64,000 bases of DNA from an uncultured Bacteroidales bacterium (GTDB taxonomy: Bacteria > Bacteroidota > Bacteroidia > Bacteroidales > UBA1402), in contig CAYPLF010000002.1 of NCBI GenBank assembly GCA_964411555.1, positions 15,334 to 79,333 on the forward strand, in the 5' to 3' direction. How positions within the stretch are numbered: position 1 is the stretch's first letter; each line of letters opens with the position of its first letter. Positions 16,348 to 25,147 of the stretch are shown here, piece after piece. The position numbers and the translations under genes are program-made. The notes under the pieces are model-generated. The model was not told the DNA's origin, made no database searches, and saw only the letters and a program-made list of their open reading frames with translations.

Positions 16348-17541
16348 ATGGAAGCATTGTTTGAACGGTTTCGTCTGAAGCTGGCCCACACAGAAACTCA
16401 ATTTGTGCGAAGTTTGATGGATCGAATTGAGTGGGAAGCTAGGCTTATAGGTATTAGGGGTGCCAGAGGTGTGGGTAAGACAACACTTCTCTTGCAATAC
16501 ATCAAATTGCACACGCCCATGGATTCTTCCGTCTTATATGTCAGTCTTGACCATATTTGGTTTACCGAACACAAACTGTATGATCTGGCAGATGATTTTG
16601 TGAAGCGAGGGGGCAAGCATCTTTTTTTGGATGAAGTACACAAGTATTCGGGTTGGGCGCAGGAACTGAAAAATATGTACGATGATTTCCCCGAACTGAT
16701 GGTGGTTTTTACGGGGTCTTCTTTATTGGAAATACTGAATTCCACGGCTGATTTAAGTCGGAGAGCTGTTGTTTATGAAATGCAGGGCTTTTCTTTCAGG
16801 GAATATTTGAACCGAAACGCGAAGACCTCTTTTCCTGTTTTTGTATTGGACGATGTGTTGAACAACCACACCAAACTATCCGAACAAGTCGTATCTACCA
16901 TTAAGGTACTCCCTCACTTTGACGATTACCTCAAGCATGGGTATTATCCATTTTATAATGAGTTGCCTTCCCTTTATTTGCAGCGGGTAGAGGAAGTGGT
17001 CAACATGGTTGTGGAAATCGAATTACCCCTGCTTAGGCAGGTTGAACCAGCCTATACACGGAAAATCAGGCAATTGCTGTTGGTGCTTGCTGAATCGGTG
17101 CCTTTTATTCCGAACATCAGCAAATTGAGTGAACGGATTGGTATTTCCCGCGTGGGTTTGCTGTATTACCTGAAAGCATTAGAGGAGGCCAGGCTGACCA
17201 TCCATTTGGAAAAAGATGCATTTGGATTGACTCGATTGCAAAAACCGGAGAAGATTTTTCTGGAAAACACCAATTTGATGTATAGTTTGTCTCCGGAGTC
17301 GGTCAATCGCGGTAGTCTGCGCGAAACTTTTTTTATCAATCAGGTGGGTTATATGCACCGTGTGTTTTCTTCTTCACAAAGTGATTTTTTGGTTGATGAC
17401 ACGTATACGATAGAGATTGGTGGAAAAGATAAGACATTTTATCAACTTAATGGTTTGGAAAATGGATATGTGGCTGCCGATGATATTGAATATGGTCTGG
17501 GGAAGAAAATTCCGCTGTGGTTGTTTGGTTTTCTTTACTAA
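16348..17541 (+). CDS. AAA+ ATPase of the DUF4143 / COG1373 type (paralog 1)
   Basis: Walker A GIRGARGVGKTT, Walker B HLFLDEVHKY and a C-terminal winged-helix-like region ending IPLWLFGFLY. It resembles the 44121..45302 gene along its whole length. Confidence 0.8.
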   Translation: MEALFERFRLKLAHTETQFVRSLMDRIEWEARLIGIRGARGVGKTTLLLQYIKLHTPMDSSVLYVSLDHIWFTEHKLYDLADDFVKRGGKHLFLDEVHKYSGWAQELKNMYDDFPELMVVFTGSSLLEILNSTADLSRRAVVYEMQGFSFREYLNRNAKTSFPVFVLDDVLNNHTKLSEQVVSTIKVLPHFDDYLKHGYYPFYNELPSLYLQRVEEVVNMVVEIELPLLRQVEPAYTRKIRQLLLVLAESVPFIPNISKLSERIGISRVGLLYYLKALEEARLTIHLEKDAFGLTRLQKPEKIFLENTNLMYSLSPESVNRGSLRETFFINQVGYMHRVFSSSQSDFLVDDTYTIEIGGKDKTFYQLNGLENGYVAADDIEYGLGKKIPLWLFGFLY

Positions 17542-17563
17542 ATTTGCAAAAGAAAGAGAGCTA

Positions 17564-18067
17564 ATGATACGTCCTGCTGTTGATTCCGATTTTCAAACCA
17601 TCCACACCATCATCAACGACGCGGCATCAGCTTATAAGGGGATTATTCCTCCGGACCGCTACCACGAACCCTATATGCCCGAAGAGGAATTGAGGGAACA
17701 GATGGCCGACGGGGTTGAGTTTTATTGCTACTGCGATGAATCATCGAACGTGATTGGGGTGATGGGCATCCAGCACAAACAGGAGGTCGATTTGATTCGT
17801 CATGCTTATGTCAGTACAGTGGCTCGGAACAAGGGAATCGGTGGAAAACTGTTGGAATTCCTTTATGAAATCAGCGAGGCGCCTTTGTTGATCGGTACGT
17901 GGGCTGATGCGGTCTGGGCCATAGGGTTTTACGTGAAGCACGGATTTCGGTTAGTAACGGAATCAGAAAAGAACAGGTTGTTGCGGATTTATTGGTCCAT
18001 TCCGGACAGGCAGGTGGAAACGTCCGTGGTGTTGGCGGATGAGCGGTATTTTAATAGGTTAGCATGA
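17564..18067 (+). CDS. GNAT family N-acetyltransferase
   Basis: RNKGIGGKLLEF (acetyl-CoA Q/RxxGxG/A motif) and ..FYVKHGF.. I place the start at MIRPAVDSDF (17564). The longer ORF-track start overlaps the preceding gene. Confidence 0.75.
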   Translation: MIRPAVDSDFQTIHTIINDAASAYKGIIPPDRYHEPYMPEEELREQMADGVEFYCYCDESSNVIGVMGIQHKQEVDLIRHAYVSTVARNKGIGGKLLEFLYEISEAPLLIGTWADAVWAIGFYVKHGFRLVTESEKNRLLRIYWSIPDRQVETSVVLADERYFNRLA

Positions 18068-18513
18068 GTTACACATTTTCAATAATTTATATGAAGTCTA
18101 AAGAAGAAATCTACCAGTTGCTGAATAGCAACCCGGCCTTTCATTTGGCCACCGTTGAGAATGAACAACCCCATGTGCGTGGCATGTTGCTGTATGCAGC
18201 CGACGAACGGGGTATTATTTTTCATACAGGTACGTTTAAGTCGTTGTATAAGCAGATTTTAGCCAATCCGGCTGTGGAGCTGTGTTTCAATAGTTTCAAA
18301 ACGGGTGAACAAGTGCGCATCAAAGGGGAATTGGTGGAGATTACCAACCCGGAATTGATGGAAGAAGTTTACCAGCATCCTACGCGTGGCTTTTTGCGTG
18401 CCATGGGTGAGGAGGTTAAGGGTTGTGTTGCCATTTACCGGGTGGATAAGGCTGAGTTCAATTATTGGACTATGGCGATGAACCGTGAGTTGACTGTGTT
18501 TGAGGGGTTGTAA
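18064..18513 (+). CDS. Pyridoxamine 5'-phosphate oxidase family (FMN-binding split barrel) protein
   Basis: AFHLATVENEQPHVRGMLLY...GIIFHTGTFKSLYKQI pattern. ATGA overlap with the GNAT stop. ATG at 18094 is an alternative start. Confidence 0.65.
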   Translation: MSYTFSIIYMKSKEEIYQLLNSNPAFHLATVENEQPHVRGMLLYAADERGIIFHTGTFKSLYKQILANPAVELCFNSFKTGEQVRIKGELVEITNPELMEEVYQHPTRGFLRAMGEEVKGCVAIYRVDKAEFNYWTMAMNRELTVFEGL

Positions 18514-18518
18514 TTATT

Positions 18519-18631
18519 GGGATTGCGTCGCATTCGCGCCGCCATCCATCAATGAGTTTGGGATTGCGTCGCATTCGCGCCGCCATCCATCAATGAGTTT
18601 GGGATTGCGTCGCATTCGCGCCGCCATCCAT
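18519..18631. repeat. Perfect 41-bp tandem repeat, 2.75 copies
   Basis: The unit GGGATTGCGTCGCATTCGCGCCGCCATCCATCAATGAGTTT occurs at 18519-18559 and 18560-18600. The first 31 nt repeat again at 18601-18631. No mismatches. Confidence 0.95.
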
Positions 18632-18654
18632 GTGGGGGAAACCTTGCAACGATT

Positions 18655-18676
18655 TTAGAAAACCTCCGTTGGAGGT
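18655..18676 (-). terminator. Intrinsic terminator candidate for the tRNA-Ser transcript
   Basis: The minus strand reads ACCTCC-AAC-GGAGGT followed by TTTTCTA. Confidence 0.5.
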
Positions 18677-18685
18677 ACGCATATA

Positions 18686-18730
18686 CATGAATAGACCGCA
18701 TTCAAGCAAGCTTGATGCGGTCTATTCATG
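18686..18730. other. Long near-perfect hairpin (16-bp perfect stem, extendable to about 21 bp with one bulge)
   Basis: CATGAATAGACCGCAT (18686-18701) pairs with ATGCGGTCTATTCATG (18715-18730). The inner TCAAGC..GCTTGA also pairs. Confidence 0.7.
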
Positions 18731-18737
18731 TAATGCT

Positions 18738-18758
18738 ACGAGCTTCGCTCGTTTTTTC
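18738..18758 (+). terminator. Intrinsic terminator candidate for the plus-strand genes
   Basis: ACGAGC-TTC-GCTCGT followed by TTTTTT. Confidence 0.55.
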
Positions 18759-18769
18759 TAAAATCGTTG

Positions 18770-18857
18770 CGGAGAAAGCGGGATTCGAACCCGCGATACC
18801 CTTTAGGGGTATACACGCTTTCCAGGCGTGCCTCTTCAACCACTCGAGCATCTCTCC
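18770..18857 (-). tRNA. tRNA-Ser (anticodon GGA)
   Basis: The reverse complement folds as a cloverleaf. Acceptor is GGAGAGA/TTTCTCC, and the anticodon stem CACGC/GCGTG carries loop CTGGAAA. There is a long variable arm TATACCCCTAAAGGGTATC, T arm GCGGG-TTCGAATC-CCCGC and discriminator G. No CCA is encoded. Confidence 0.93.
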
Positions 18858-18920
18858 TTTATCAAGCACATGGGGTGGTTGGTTTTCCCAAATGCGGACG
18901 CAAATGTACGAAAGTTATTT

Positions 18921-19703
18921 TTATCCTGCAACGTCTTTTTGGGATGCGGTGAACAATCCTTGGGCGTTGGCAACGCTTTGAGCACAGATGTCGGCGGCCG
19001 GAAGCTGGAAGCAGTCAGCCATGAACTGGACTATGAGGGATATGTTGGCCGGTTCGTTGCGCTTGCCACGATAAGGTACAGGTGCCAGGTAGGGGCTGTC
19101 GGTTTCGGTAACCAGCGAGGTAAGGGGCAATTGGTTGAGAAACGCCGCAAAAGAAGACCGTTTGAAGGTAATGCTGCCGTTGACACCCAGTAAAAAACCC
19201 TGATCGGTAAGTTCAAGGGCTTGCTCATAAGTGCCCGCAAAACTGTGGAAGATACCACGAAGCCCACTACCGTAATACGAGCGAATCAGGTGCATGATTT
19301 CATCGAAGGCATCGCGGACATGCAAGATAACCGGTAAATCGAAGCGCAGAGCCAGATCGAGTTGAAAGGTCAGGACCTTTATCTGTTCGGCCAGGTAGGT
19401 TTTGTCCCAGTACAGATCGAGTCCGATTTCACCGATGCCCGCATAACGTCCCGATTCAATGGCAGTGGCTATACCGTCTAATTGTCTTTGAAAATCACGG
19501 TTCACTTCGCAGGGATGAAGACCGGCAAAAAGACGGAATAAATTGGGGTATTTGTTGGAGAGATCATCCATGGAAGAAAGACTGTCGGTGTCAATTCCTG
19601 GCAACCAAATTTCCTGAATACCCGCTTTGCGGCTGCGTTCCACTACGGCCTCACGGTCTTCGTCAAATACATCAAGGTATAGGTGAGCGTGCGTGTCAAT
19701 CAT
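18921..19703 (-). CDS. TatD family metal-dependent hydrolase/DNase
   Basis: MIDTHAHLY...IGEIGLD...ILHVRDA...GIFHSF...ETDSPYL are TatD metal-ligand motifs. Confidence 0.85.
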   Translation of the reverse strand: MIDTHAHLYLDVFDEDREAVVERSRKAGIQEIWLPGIDTDSLSSMDDLSNKYPNLFRLFAGLHPCEVNRDFQRQLDGIATAIESGRYAGIGEIGLDLYWDKTYLAEQIKVLTFQLDLALRFDLPVILHVRDAFDEIMHLIRSYYGSGLRGIFHSFAGTYEQALELTDQGFLLGVNGSITFKRSSFAAFLNQLPLTSLVTETDSPYLAPVPYRGKRNEPANISLIVQFMADCFQLPAADICAQSVANAQGLFTASQKDVAG

Positions 19704-20394
19704 TGCTTTTTTCGTTTTTTCTCAAGTAATACCGTACCCCGTATTGTTCGCACAGTTCGCGGCGCCTTTCTTCAGGCTCCTGTTCAAAATATCGTTCTGC
19801 TTGGTTCCAAATATCCAAAATAATAGCATCTCCCTCTGGCCGCATGGTGGACAGGGTGTCTAAGAATCGGTTGGTGTTTTTCTGGTGCATTTTTTGGTCT
19901 ACACAGGTGTCGCGGAAAACCTCGAAGTAAACGGTAACCTTGGCAATGGTGGGATTGTAGATGGGAGGACCTCCGGCAGCAATGCGTTCCTTTTCTCCTT
20001 TGATAATCTGTTCACCCCAGGAAAGAATGGCTGTTTCAGAATTCAGATCGGGAACGGTGTGAACATCCGGATCAAGACCGTACAGTTTCTTGTTCTCCCG
20101 TTTGATTTCATTGCGGATGACACAAAAATTCAATACCTGAATAAAGTGAGAAATGTACAGCCTGGCCATCCGTTGTTGGTTGTAGTATTTTTTGCTGGCA
20201 ACCTTCTGCTTTTCCAATGAAAGCAAGTAGTCATGGTGTGCGCTTTCAAACGTGGGCAGAAAAGCCTTGGCATCATTCAGGGTTTTGGGATCGATTACCA
20301 GCCCGGACTCATTCCCGTGGCCACTTCGTTCAATCGCAGTGGTGATGGCGCGAATGCGTGATTGGTCGGTATTGGGCAGACGTCTGTAAGGCAT
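19696..20394 (-). CDS. Hypothetical protein (helical, basic; no family recognised)
   Basis: Long ORF with coding-like composition and an 8-nt overlap with the tatD start. No motif recognised. Confidence 0.5.
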   Translation of the reverse strand: MPYRRLPNTDQSRIRAITTAIERSGHGNESGLVIDPKTLNDAKAFLPTFESAHHDYLLSLEKQKVASKKYYNQQRMARLYISHFIQVLNFCVIRNEIKRENKKLYGLDPDVHTVPDLNSETAILSWGEQIIKGEKERIAAGGPPIYNPTIAKVTVYFEVFRDTCVDQKMHQKNTNRFLDTLSTMRPEGDAIILDIWNQAERYFEQEPEERRRELCEQYGVRYYLRKNEKSND

Positions 20395-20407
20395 AGGGTG
20401 GACGGGA

Positions 20408-21388
20408 TTACGAGTTGCGTTTCATCAGTTGGGAGGCAATGTGCAGCAAGGGCTCCTTGCGCGTTGATGGCTGGGATACCGCATCCAGACACTCAAGTGC
20501 TTTGCGGTAGTGACGTTCCATTTCTTCCTGGCAGATTTCCTTGACGCCGATCTTGTCGTAGATGGCAGTGACCGCCGCAATTTTTACCTCAGGATTGGGT
20601 GAGTCTGCTGAAAACCACCGAATCAGTTCGGCGTTTGTTGCCGGGTCTGCTTGTTTGAGGGCCTGAATCAACAGGTAGGTCTTTTTATTGGTGGTGATAT
20701 CCCCGCCAATGTTTTTTCCGAAGGTTGCCGTGTCACCATACACATCGAGCAAATCGTCTTGCAGTTGGAAAGCGATGCCGATGTGAATCCCCATTTCATA
20801 CAGTTTTTTAGCATCGGCTGATGAGGATCCGGCAGCAATGGCACCCAGTTGAAGGCTGGCTGCCAACAGGACACCCGTTTTTAAGCGGATCATGTTCAGA
20901 TAGTCTGATTCCGTTACGGAACAGTTTTCCTCAAAGTCCATGTCAAATTGTTGACCCTCGCATACTTCGAGCGCTGTTTTGTTGAACAACTCAAGGCTTT
21001 CACGTAAAGCTCGGTCGGGTAAACCCTTCAGGCAATCGAAAGCCATGATTTGCATGGCATCGCCCGAAAGAATAGCCACATTCTCGTTCCATTTGATGTG
21101 AACGCAGTCCCGGTTACGGCGTTTTTGAGCCTTGTCCATAATGTCATCGTGCAGCAAGGTGAAATTGTGGAACAATTCCAAAGAAAGAGCAGCAGGAATG
21201 GCTTGTTCGGGTGAAGCTCCAAACAGTTCACAAGACGTGAGGCACATGACAGGCCGGATGCGTTTCCCCCCCATGGACAAGGTGTACCGGATGGGTTCGT
21301 ACAGGCGTGCCGGTTGTTGCTCTAAATCCAGGGATTCAATGGCTGCATTTACCATAGCGAGCAGCTCCTCTTGGGTATGTTGGATCAT
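20408..21388 (-). CDS. Polyprenyl diphosphate synthase (trans-isoprenyl diphosphate synthase family)
   Basis: First and second aspartate-rich motifs LLHDDIMD and QLQDDLLD, plus the GKRIRP motif. Confidence 0.88.
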   Translation of the reverse strand: MIQHTQEELLAMVNAAIESLDLEQQPARLYEPIRYTLSMGGKRIRPVMCLTSCELFGASPEQAIPAALSLELFHNFTLLHDDIMDKAQKRRNRDCVHIKWNENVAILSGDAMQIMAFDCLKGLPDRALRESLELFNKTALEVCEGQQFDMDFEENCSVTESDYLNMIRLKTGVLLAASLQLGAIAAGSSSADAKKLYEMGIHIGIAFQLQDDLLDVYGDTATFGKNIGGDITTNKKTYLLIQALKQADPATNAELIRWFSADSPNPEVKIAAVTAIYDKIGVKEICQEEMERHYRKALECLDAVSQPSTRKEPLLHIASQLMKRNS

Positions 21389-21541
21389 TCAATTCGGTTT
21401 TACGTCAAAAATAGGCATTCACGGTGTAAAAACAAACACAGAACACAGATTTCCGTAACTTAAGGTGACAACTTCCCGGTAGGTAGATGTAGTTGACGTG
21501 GAAAAACTGTGTATCTTTGGGTTTCAATAGTCAATACGCTT

Positions 21542-22540
21542 ATGTTACGGACAGCGCGCCTTCTTCTACTGGCTTTGGCACTTCCTTTGGGAGTGTTCGG
21601 ACAAACCGGCGAGCGTCTTTTTCCTTTTCTGGAATTGCCGGTTTCTATCGTGGCAGCAGCCAATGGGGGGCAGGTGGTTTCTTCACCCACTGCCGATATC
21701 AATCTGGCCTACCACAACCCCGCTTTGTTAGGGCCATCACTGACAGGACAAGTGGCTTTTGGGTACATGAACTATATAGCAGATATCAATACAGTATCAG
21801 CTTCCTACTGCAGGAAAATTGATGAAAAAAGCCGTTGGATGGCAGGTATCCGCTTGATTGATTACGGAACCATGCCATGGACATCTGAAACCAATGAACT
21901 ACTGGGTGAAACATCGGCTCAGGATATGGTTGCAACCGGCACCTATGCATGGAAGCTCTCATCAAACTGGAGGGCGGGGGGTAATTTCAACCTGATCTAT
22001 TCAGTCTTGGACAGCTATACTTCAACAGCTTTGGGCGTAGACTTGGGCGTGTATTACGAACAACCCGACGGGTTGTTTTCTGCCGGAATGAGCGTGGTAA
22101 ATCTGGGGTCACAATTGACAACCTATGATGGGAACTATGAACCCTTTCCCTGGGATATCAGGGTAGGTCTATCCAAGAAGTTGGCGCACGCTCCGTTGCG
22201 CTTCAACCTGACCGCCAGAAACCTGAGTCAACGCAGTTTCAATTACCTGGGTGCTATAGGCGAAAAAAACCTGAATCTGGCCGAACATGTTTTTTGTAGG
22301 TTGGTGGGAGGTGTCGATTTCATACCATCGGAACAATTTCAACTTAGCCTGGGGTACAACTACAGGCGAGTCAGGGAACTGGGTATATACCAACGAACAT
22401 TTTTCGGTGGATTTTCAACGGGCATGATGCTGCGTATCAAACAGATGACAGTAGGAGCCTCTTTTGCCAGATATCACGCAGGAGGTAATTCCCTGTTGAT
22501 GACACTTTCGTTCAACACATCTGTATTTGGAATCAAATGA
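21542..22540 (+). CDS. porQ: PorQ-like type IX secretion system outer-membrane beta-barrel protein
   Basis: Signal peptide [21 protein letters not shown], then [15 protein letters not shown] and a beta-strand-rich body, as I recall for PorQ family proteins. The stop overlaps the cmk start. I place the start at 21542, not the ORF-track 21509. Confidence 0.6.
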   Translation: MLRTARLLLLALALPLGVFGQTGERLFPFLELPVSIVAAANGGQVVSSPTADINLAYHNPALLGPSLTGQVAFGYMNYIADINTVSASYCRKIDEKSRWMAGIRLIDYGTMPWTSETNELLGETSAQDMVATGTYAWKLSSNWRAGGNFNLIYSVLDSYTSTALGVDLGVYYEQPDGLFSAGMSVVNLGSQLTTYDGNYEPFPWDIRVGLSKKLAHAPLRFNLTARNLSQRSFNYLGAIGEKNLNLAEHVFCRLVGGVDFIPSEQFQLSLGYNYRRVRELGIYQRTFFGGFSTGMMLRIKQMTVGASFARYHAGGNSLLMTLSFNTSVFGIK

Positions 22541-23229
22541 AAGCATTGACCATAGCAATAGACGGCTTCTCATCGTGTGGAAAAAGCACCATGGCCAAGA
22601 CACTGGCCAAAAAATTAGGATACACCTACATTGATAGCGGTGCTATGTACAGGGCAATCAGTCTGTATTGCCTCCGGGAAGGACTGATTAAAGATGGAAA
22701 CGTTGATGAGGAAGAACTGCGGCAGCGGTTGCCCATTGTCTCCATTGCCTTTGTGACGGCTGAAAATGGACAATCGTTTACCTACCTGAATGGAATAAAC
22801 GTTGAACACGAAATTCGCTCATTGGAAGTATCAAACGCGGTAAGCCGGGTTAGCGCCCTTCCATTTGTGCGGGAAGCTATGGTTGCCCTGCAACGCAAGG
22901 CCGGTGAATCCGGAGGCGTGGTAATGGATGGCAGGGATATCGGCACCGTTGTATTCCCCAACGCCGAGGTGAAGATATTTGTGTCAGCCAATGCTGAAGT
23001 ACGTGCGCAACGCCGTTACGACGAGCTGATGGAAAAAGGACAACCCGCCTCTTTCGAGGCCATCCTGGAAAACATCCGTCAGCGGGACGAACTCGACCAG
23101 AACAGGGCTGTCAGCCCGTTGCGCAAGGCAGATGATGCAGTGGAATTAGATAATGGTCATCTCACCATTGAACAACAGGATGCTTGGCTCATGAACCTTG
23201 TAAACAAGAAACGAAATGGCCTACATTGA
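22537..23229 (+). CDS. cmk: Cytidylate kinase
   Basis: [17 protein letters not shown]-loop, [10 protein letters not shown] and [13 protein letters not shown]. Confidence 0.92.
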   Translation: MKALTIAIDGFSSCGKSTMAKTLAKKLGYTYIDSGAMYRAISLYCLREGLIKDGNVDEEELRQRLPIVSIAFVTAENGQSFTYLNGINVEHEIRSLEVSNAVSRVSALPFVREAMVALQRKAGESGGVVMDGRDIGTVVFPNAEVKIFVSANAEVRAQRRYDELMEKGQPASFEAILENIRQRDELDQNRAVSPLRKADDAVELDNGHLTIEQQDAWLMNLVNKKRNGLH

Positions 23230-24088
23230 AATTGACGATCGTTCCGGATTTTGCATGGGCGTGGTCAAAGCCATCGACAAGGCCGAAGACTTTCTCTCAA
23301 CAGGAACAACCCTATACAGCTTGGGCGATGTGGTTCACAACGGTTGCGAGATCAAACGTTTGGAGCAAAAGGGCATGCAAACCATCACTCAACAGGAGTT
23401 GGAAACACTCAGCGACATCGATGTGCTGTTCAGGGCACATGGAGAACCTCCCTCAACCTATGAACTGGCCAAACGCCAGAACATTCGCCTGATTGACGCC
23501 ACCTGTCCAGTGGTGAGGGAACTGCAAAAACGCGTCAAGAAGGAATACGAATCAACGCTTGGAACCGGTACCCAATTGGTTATTTTTGGAAAGGCAGGCC
23601 ATGCCGAAGTCATCGGCCTCAATGGACAGACGGCCAATTCAGCCATTGTCATTGAACACGTACAGGATGCCGAACAACTGGATTTTTCCAAACCCATCGT
23701 ACTCTATTCGCAAACCACCAAGTCGCTGGACGAGTTCAGGGAATTGGTGGCCTACATTTCGGCACGGATGCTGCCTGGCGTACCATTTACCCACCACGAT
23801 ACCATTTGCCGTCAGGTGGCGAACCGTTTACCCCATCTTAGGAATTTCGCCACCCGGTTTGACAGTGTACTCTTTGTAAGTGGAGCCAGCAGTTCCAACG
23901 GAAAGGCACTGTATGATGCCTGCCGTGCTGTAAATGAGCGCACTTATTTTATAACCGGGGAGCAGGATATTGAACCTTATATGATAGAACATGCCGAACG
24001 TATCGGGATTTGCGGGGCTACATCCACCCCTTTCTGGTTAATGGAAAAGGTTAAAAAAAATGTGGAAAACCAACTGTCACACCATTAA
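23216..24088 (+). CDS. ispH: 4-hydroxy-3-methylbut-2-enyl diphosphate reductase
   Basis: [17 protein letters not shown] and TICRQV provide the three Cys ligands in IspH/LytB context. Confidence 0.92.
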   Translation: MAYIEIDDRSGFCMGVVKAIDKAEDFLSTGTTLYSLGDVVHNGCEIKRLEQKGMQTITQQELETLSDIDVLFRAHGEPPSTYELAKRQNIRLIDATCPVVRELQKRVKKEYESTLGTGTQLVIFGKAGHAEVIGLNGQTANSAIVIEHVQDAEQLDFSKPIVLYSQTTKSLDEFRELVAYISARMLPGVPFTHHDTICRQVANRLPHLRNFATRFDSVLFVSGASSSNGKALYDACRAVNERTYFITGEQDIEPYMIEHAERIGICGATSTPFWLMEKVKKNVENQLSHH

Positions 24089-24093
24089 ATATG

Positions 24094-24101
24094 TACTTTT
24101 G
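24094..24101 (+). promoter_or_regulatory. -7 promoter box (TACTTTTG)
   Basis: TAnnTTTG match 45 nt upstream of pfkA. Confidence 0.45.
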
Positions 24102-24145
24102 CAGTAGGTTTTTTTATAGGTGTCAATTACGTAAAAGATTGAAAA

Positions 24146-25126
24146 ATGGGTGCTATTAAAACAATTGGACTGCTTACTTCGGGTGGAGATGCTCCGGGAA
24201 TGAATGCCGCTATTCGTGCGGTGACAAGGTCGGCCATCTACAACGGCTTGTCGGTCAAGGCTATTTACAAGGGTTATAAAGGACTGATAACGGGTGAAAT
24301 CGTCGAATTTCAAACGCAGAATGTCAGCAACATCATCCAGCAAGGCGGGACCATCCTCAAGACAGCTCGTTGTGAAGAGTTCAAGACGCCGGAAGGCAGG
24401 GCTCTTGCGTATGAAACGCTGGTGAAGGAAGGCATCGATGCCCTGGTTGTGATTGGCGGAGATGGTACGCTGACAGGTGCCCGTATTTTCGCTTCTGAAT
24501 ACAATTATCCCATAGTAGGTCTGCCTGGCACCATTGACAACGATATATTCGGTACCGACTCGACCATTGGTTATGATACAGCATTGAACACCATACTCGA
24601 TGCAGTAGACAAAATCCGCGACACGGCCACCTCGCACGAACGCTTATTTTTCATCGAAGTGATGGGACGTGATGCCGGTTTTCTGGCACTTAACGGAGCC
24701 ATAGCCTCAGGAGCAGAAGCGGCCATCATTCCTGAAATTGCCACAGAAGTGGACCAACTGGAGGAGGTAATCAAGAAGGGTTTTAGAAAATCGAAAAGCA
24801 GCAGCATCGTATTGGTGGCCGAGAGTGAAAAGACAGGAGGTGCCATGCACTACGCCGAACGTGTGAAGAAGGAATATCCGGAATACGATGTCCGCGTGGT
24901 TATTTTGGGTCACGTGCAACGCGGTGGCTCACCTACGGCCTACGACCGCATCTTGGCCAGCCGTTTGGGTGAAGCAGCCATAGAGGCGCTTATTGATGGA
25001 CAACGCAACATCCTGCTGGGTATAGAAAACGATAAAGTGGTGGCCATTCCCTTCAGTAAAGCCATCAAAAATGACAAACCCATTGATCCTGAATTGATGA
25101 AGGTGCTGAGCGTGTTGTCCATCTGA
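24146..25126 (+). CDS. pfkA: ATP-dependent 6-phosphofructokinase
   Basis: [34 protein letters not shown] and GHVQRGG. Confidence 0.93.
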   Translation: MGAIKTIGLLTSGGDAPGMNAAIRAVTRSAIYNGLSVKAIYKGYKGLITGEIVEFQTQNVSNIIQQGGTILKTARCEEFKTPEGRALAYETLVKEGIDALVVIGGDGTLTGARIFASEYNYPIVGLPGTIDNDIFGTDSTIGYDTALNTILDAVDKIRDTATSHERLFFIEVMGRDAGFLALNGAIASGAEAAIIPEIATEVDQLEEVIKKGFRKSKSSSIVLVAESEKTGGAMHYAERVKKEYPEYDVRVVILGHVQRGGSPTAYDRILASRLGEAAIEALIDGQRNILLGIENDKVVAIPFSKAIKNDKPIDPELMKVLSVLSI

Positions 25127-25147
25127 CAACCGTCCTTCTGATAACGT

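Larger units (their letters stand above)
18646..18770. repeat. 125-bp element bounded by a perfect 17-bp inverted repeat and filled with three hairpins, abutting the tRNA-Ser 3' end
   Basis: GCAACGATTTTAGAAAA (18646-18662) is the exact reverse complement of TTTTCTAAAATCGTTGC (18754-18770). Hairpins lie inside at 18662-18676, 18686-18730 and 18738-18752. Confidence 0.7.

Noticed and set aside
18519-18631. The 41-bp repeats as a CRISPR array
   Set aside because: The units are directly contiguous with no spacers, there are only 2.75 copies, and no cas genes are in the window. This is a tandem repeat, not CRISPR.
18560-18640. Mini-ORFs (13 codons each, or a 36-codon frame-rotating ORF) on the minus strand of the tandem repeat as real peptides
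   Set aside because: They are a by-product of repeating a unit that happens to contain ATG and TGA. I see no promoter, they lie downstream of the tRNA terminator, and they are too short to evaluate. I mention them only inside the repeat finding.
18646-18770. The inverted-repeat-bounded hairpin element as a retron msr/msd locus
   Set aside because: Retron ncRNAs are flanked by inverted repeats, but they require an adjacent reverse transcriptase gene. None is present within several kb.
18712-19193. ORFs 18712..18981, 18767..18952 and 18828..19193 on the plus strand
   Set aside because: They run through the tRNA-Ser gene and antisense to tatD, so they are spurious.
24077-24637. Long antisense 'shadow' ORFs opposite pfkA. 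The same applies to 25904..26599 opposite meaB/DUF1573, 27708..28415 opposite thyA, 35069..35677 opposite the AddB-like gene, 47108..47734 opposite PFOR, and 54959..55876 and 56995..57471 opposite gltB.
   Set aside because: Each lies fully inside a confidently identified gene on the other strand and has low-complexity or motif-free translations. I see no evidence for overlapping genes.
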